Shown: one piece after another, positions 13,512-15,225 of the stretch
Layout of the letters: each line of letters opens with the position of its first letter
How positions within the stretch are numbered: the first letter of the stretch is position 1
Source of the DNA: a virus
Direction: 5' to 3' (one strand)
DNA: 15,225 bases
UHGV virus genome: UHGV-0070361
Position numbers and translations under genes: made by a program
The notes under the pieces: model-generated
What the model saw: only the letters and a program-made list of their open reading frames with translations
Database searches by the model: none
What the model was told of the DNA's origin: nothing

Positions 13512-15175
13512 TGAATAACGCCGAAGAACTCTCCCCCTTACTGACGAATACCGTCTCCACCCGCAAAATTGATCTGGCCGGTGAAAAAGCCCTGCTGGGC
13601 GTGGATGTGCCGGACAGCCTTGATTTGCCCGGTGATATGCCGGTATTTCTGGATTATCAGGCCCGCTGGTTTGAGGATGAAAGCGAGGTCTGCATCGCGG
13701 AAAAATCCCGCCGTACCGGGCTTACCTGGGCGGAAGCCGGGCGTAACGTCATTACCGCTGCAAAACCGAAGCGGCGCGGTGGCCGCAATGTGTTTTATGT
13801 GGGGTCAAAGCAGGAGATGGCGCTGGAATATATTTCTGCCTGCGCCCTGTTCTCCCGTGCCTTTAACCAGCTGGCAGATGCTGATGTGTATGAGCAGACC
13901 TTCTGGGATCGGGATAAAAAAGAAGAAATTCTGACCTACATGATCCGCTTTCCGAACAGTGGATTCAAAATTCAGGCACTGTCTTCCCGTCCGTCAAACC
14001 TGCGCGGCCTTCAGGGAGATGTGGTGATTGATGAAGCCGCGTTCCACGAGTCACTGGATGAGCTTCTCAAGGCGGCAATGGCGCTTACCATGTGGGGCGC
14101 GCGCGTGCGTATTATCTCCACGCATAACGGCGTCGATAATCTGTTTAATCAGTACATTCAGGAAGCCCGCGAGGGACGCAAGGATTACAGCGTCCACCGC
14201 ATAACCCTGGATGATGCCATTGCGGACGGGCTGTACCGTCGTATCTGTTATGTCACCGGCCGCGAATGGTCACCGGAAAGCGAGCAGAAGTGGCGTGATG
14301 ATCTCTACAAAAACGCCCCGACCCGTGAGGATGCCGACGAGGAATACGGCTGTATCCCGAAAAAATCCGGCGGTGCCTATATTCCTCACGCACTTATTGA
14401 AATGGCGATGATCCGCGACATCCCGATTCTGACGTTTGAAGCCCCGGACGACTTCATCAGCCGTGCCGCATGGCTGCGTGAATCGGAAGTTTTAACCTGG
14501 TGTGAAGAACATTTAAAACCGCTTTTAGAGGCGTTAAATCCCCGTTCCCGCTTCAGCTTCGGGGAAGACTTTGCCCGCACCGGTGACCTCTCCTGCTTTG
14601 TGCTGCTGGAAATCACCGAATCCCTGGCAAAACGTGAGGTGTTTCGCGTGGAGCTGCGCAACTTGCCGTATGCCCAGCAGGAGCAGGTGATGATGTACAT
14701 CCTGACCCGCGTTCCGGCCCTGGTTGGTGCAGCGTTTGACGCCACCGGTAACGGCGGCTATCTGGCAGAAGCCGCGCTGCTGGCCTTTGGCCCGGACATC
14801 ATCGACTGCGTGATGTTGTCGCCGAAGTGGTACGGCGAGTGGATGCCAAAACTGAAAGCCGAGTTTGAAGATCAGAATATCCTCGTCGCCCGCCATCAGA
14901 CCACGCTTGATGATTTGCGCCATGTGAAGGTGGTGAATGGTATCCCGCAAATCGACAAGGGGCGCACGAAGGACCAGAACGCAACGGCTGCGAACGCCCG
15001 CCGCCATGGTGATTTTGCCGTGGCACTCTGTATGGCAAACCGGGCGTCATACATGGAGGGTTTCATCCTGGATGAATCAGCCTGTCAGGCGCTGCCGGAG
15101 CGGTCGCGGGCAATGGAGGGCGGTTATCGTGATGACGATGAGGCATATCATGAATTTGATCGGGGGTGCTGGTAG
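13511..15175 (+). CDS. Terminase large subunit (Mu gp28-like)
   Basis: 554 aa. Walker B-like GDVVIDEAAFHES in the N-terminal ATPase half and acidic residues in the C-terminal nuclease-like half. Size and position typical of Mu-like TerL. Confidence 0.8.
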   Translation: MNNAEELSPLLTNTVSTRKIDLAGEKALLGVDVPDSLDLPGDMPVFLDYQARWFEDESEVCIAEKSRRTGLTWAEAGRNVITAAKPKRRGGRNVFYVGSKQEMALEYISACALFSRAFNQLADADVYEQTFWDRDKKEEILTYMIRFPNSGFKIQALSSRPSNLRGLQGDVVIDEAAFHESLDELLKAAMALTMWGARVRIISTHNGVDNLFNQYIQEAREGRKDYSVHRITLDDAIADGLYRRICYVTGREWSPESEQKWRDDLYKNAPTREDADEEYGCIPKKSGGAYIPHALIEMAMIRDIPILTFEAPDDFISRAAWLRESEVLTWCEEHLKPLLEALNPRSRFSFGEDFARTGDLSCFVLLEITESLAKREVFRVELRNLPYAQQEQVMMYILTRVPALVGAAFDATGNGGYLAEAALLAFGPDIIDCVMLSPKWYGEWMPKLKAEFEDQNILVARHQTTLDDLRHVKVVNGIPQIDKGRTKDQNATAANARRHGDFAVALCMANRASYMEGFILDESACQALPERSRAMEGGYRDDDEAYHEFDRGCW

Positions 15176-15225
15176 TGGGACGCATAATTGATCTTGACGG
15201 AAAACCTTTCTCCTTTGACCCGGAG
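15175..15225 (+). CDS. 5' end of putative portal gene (Mu gp29-like), truncated by the window end
   Basis: GTG at 15175 overlapping the TerL stop (TAGTG). The 16 encoded residues (M)GRIIDLDGKPFSFDPE resemble the Mu portal N-terminus as I recall it. Only 17 codons are visible. Confidence 0.35.
   Translation, partial: MGRIIDLDGKPFSFDPE

Noticed and set aside
14386-15050. Minus-strand ORFs inside the large terminase gene (14386..14745, 14534..15007, 14799..15050)
   Set aside because: Antisense to a confidently identified 554-aa terminase; no independent support.
1-15225. CRISPR arrays, tRNA/rRNA genes, IS elements or integrase
   Set aside because: No regularly spaced short repeats, no tRNA-like cloverleaf candidates noticed, no IS terminal inverted repeats; integration is by the Mu-type transposase so no tyrosine or serine integrase is expected.

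Overview
This window reads as the left (early) arm of a Mu-like transposable prophage running into the start of its late region, all on the + strand except the repressor and one inserted gene. Order: a divergently transcribed XRE-type lysogeny repressor (50..634, -), an operator/promoter region, ner, DDE transposase A, AAA+ ATPase B, four small unassigned genes in the semi-essential position (including a diverged tandem pair), a Gam-like protein, a translationally coupled six-gene block of unassigned proteins, GemA-like, an AT-rich insertion bracketed by two near-identical terminator hairpins that carries an antisense 140-aa gene, a single Mor/C-family activator, SAR endolysin, nested spanins, a TraR/DksA zinc finger, gp25/gp26/gp27-like proteins, large terminase, and the first codons of the portal. 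No attL/MuA end sites, tRNA, rRNA, CRISPR array or IS element were seen; the prophage left end must lie upstream of the window. The best candidates for an undescribed accessory system are the hairpin-bracketed insertion (9669..10419), the six-gene block (6341..9159) with the GC-rich repeats in front of it, and the B-to-gam cluster (4153..5670); I cannot say which, if any, is one. All family assignments are by eye from motifs, synteny and remembered Mu protein sequences; no database search was run.
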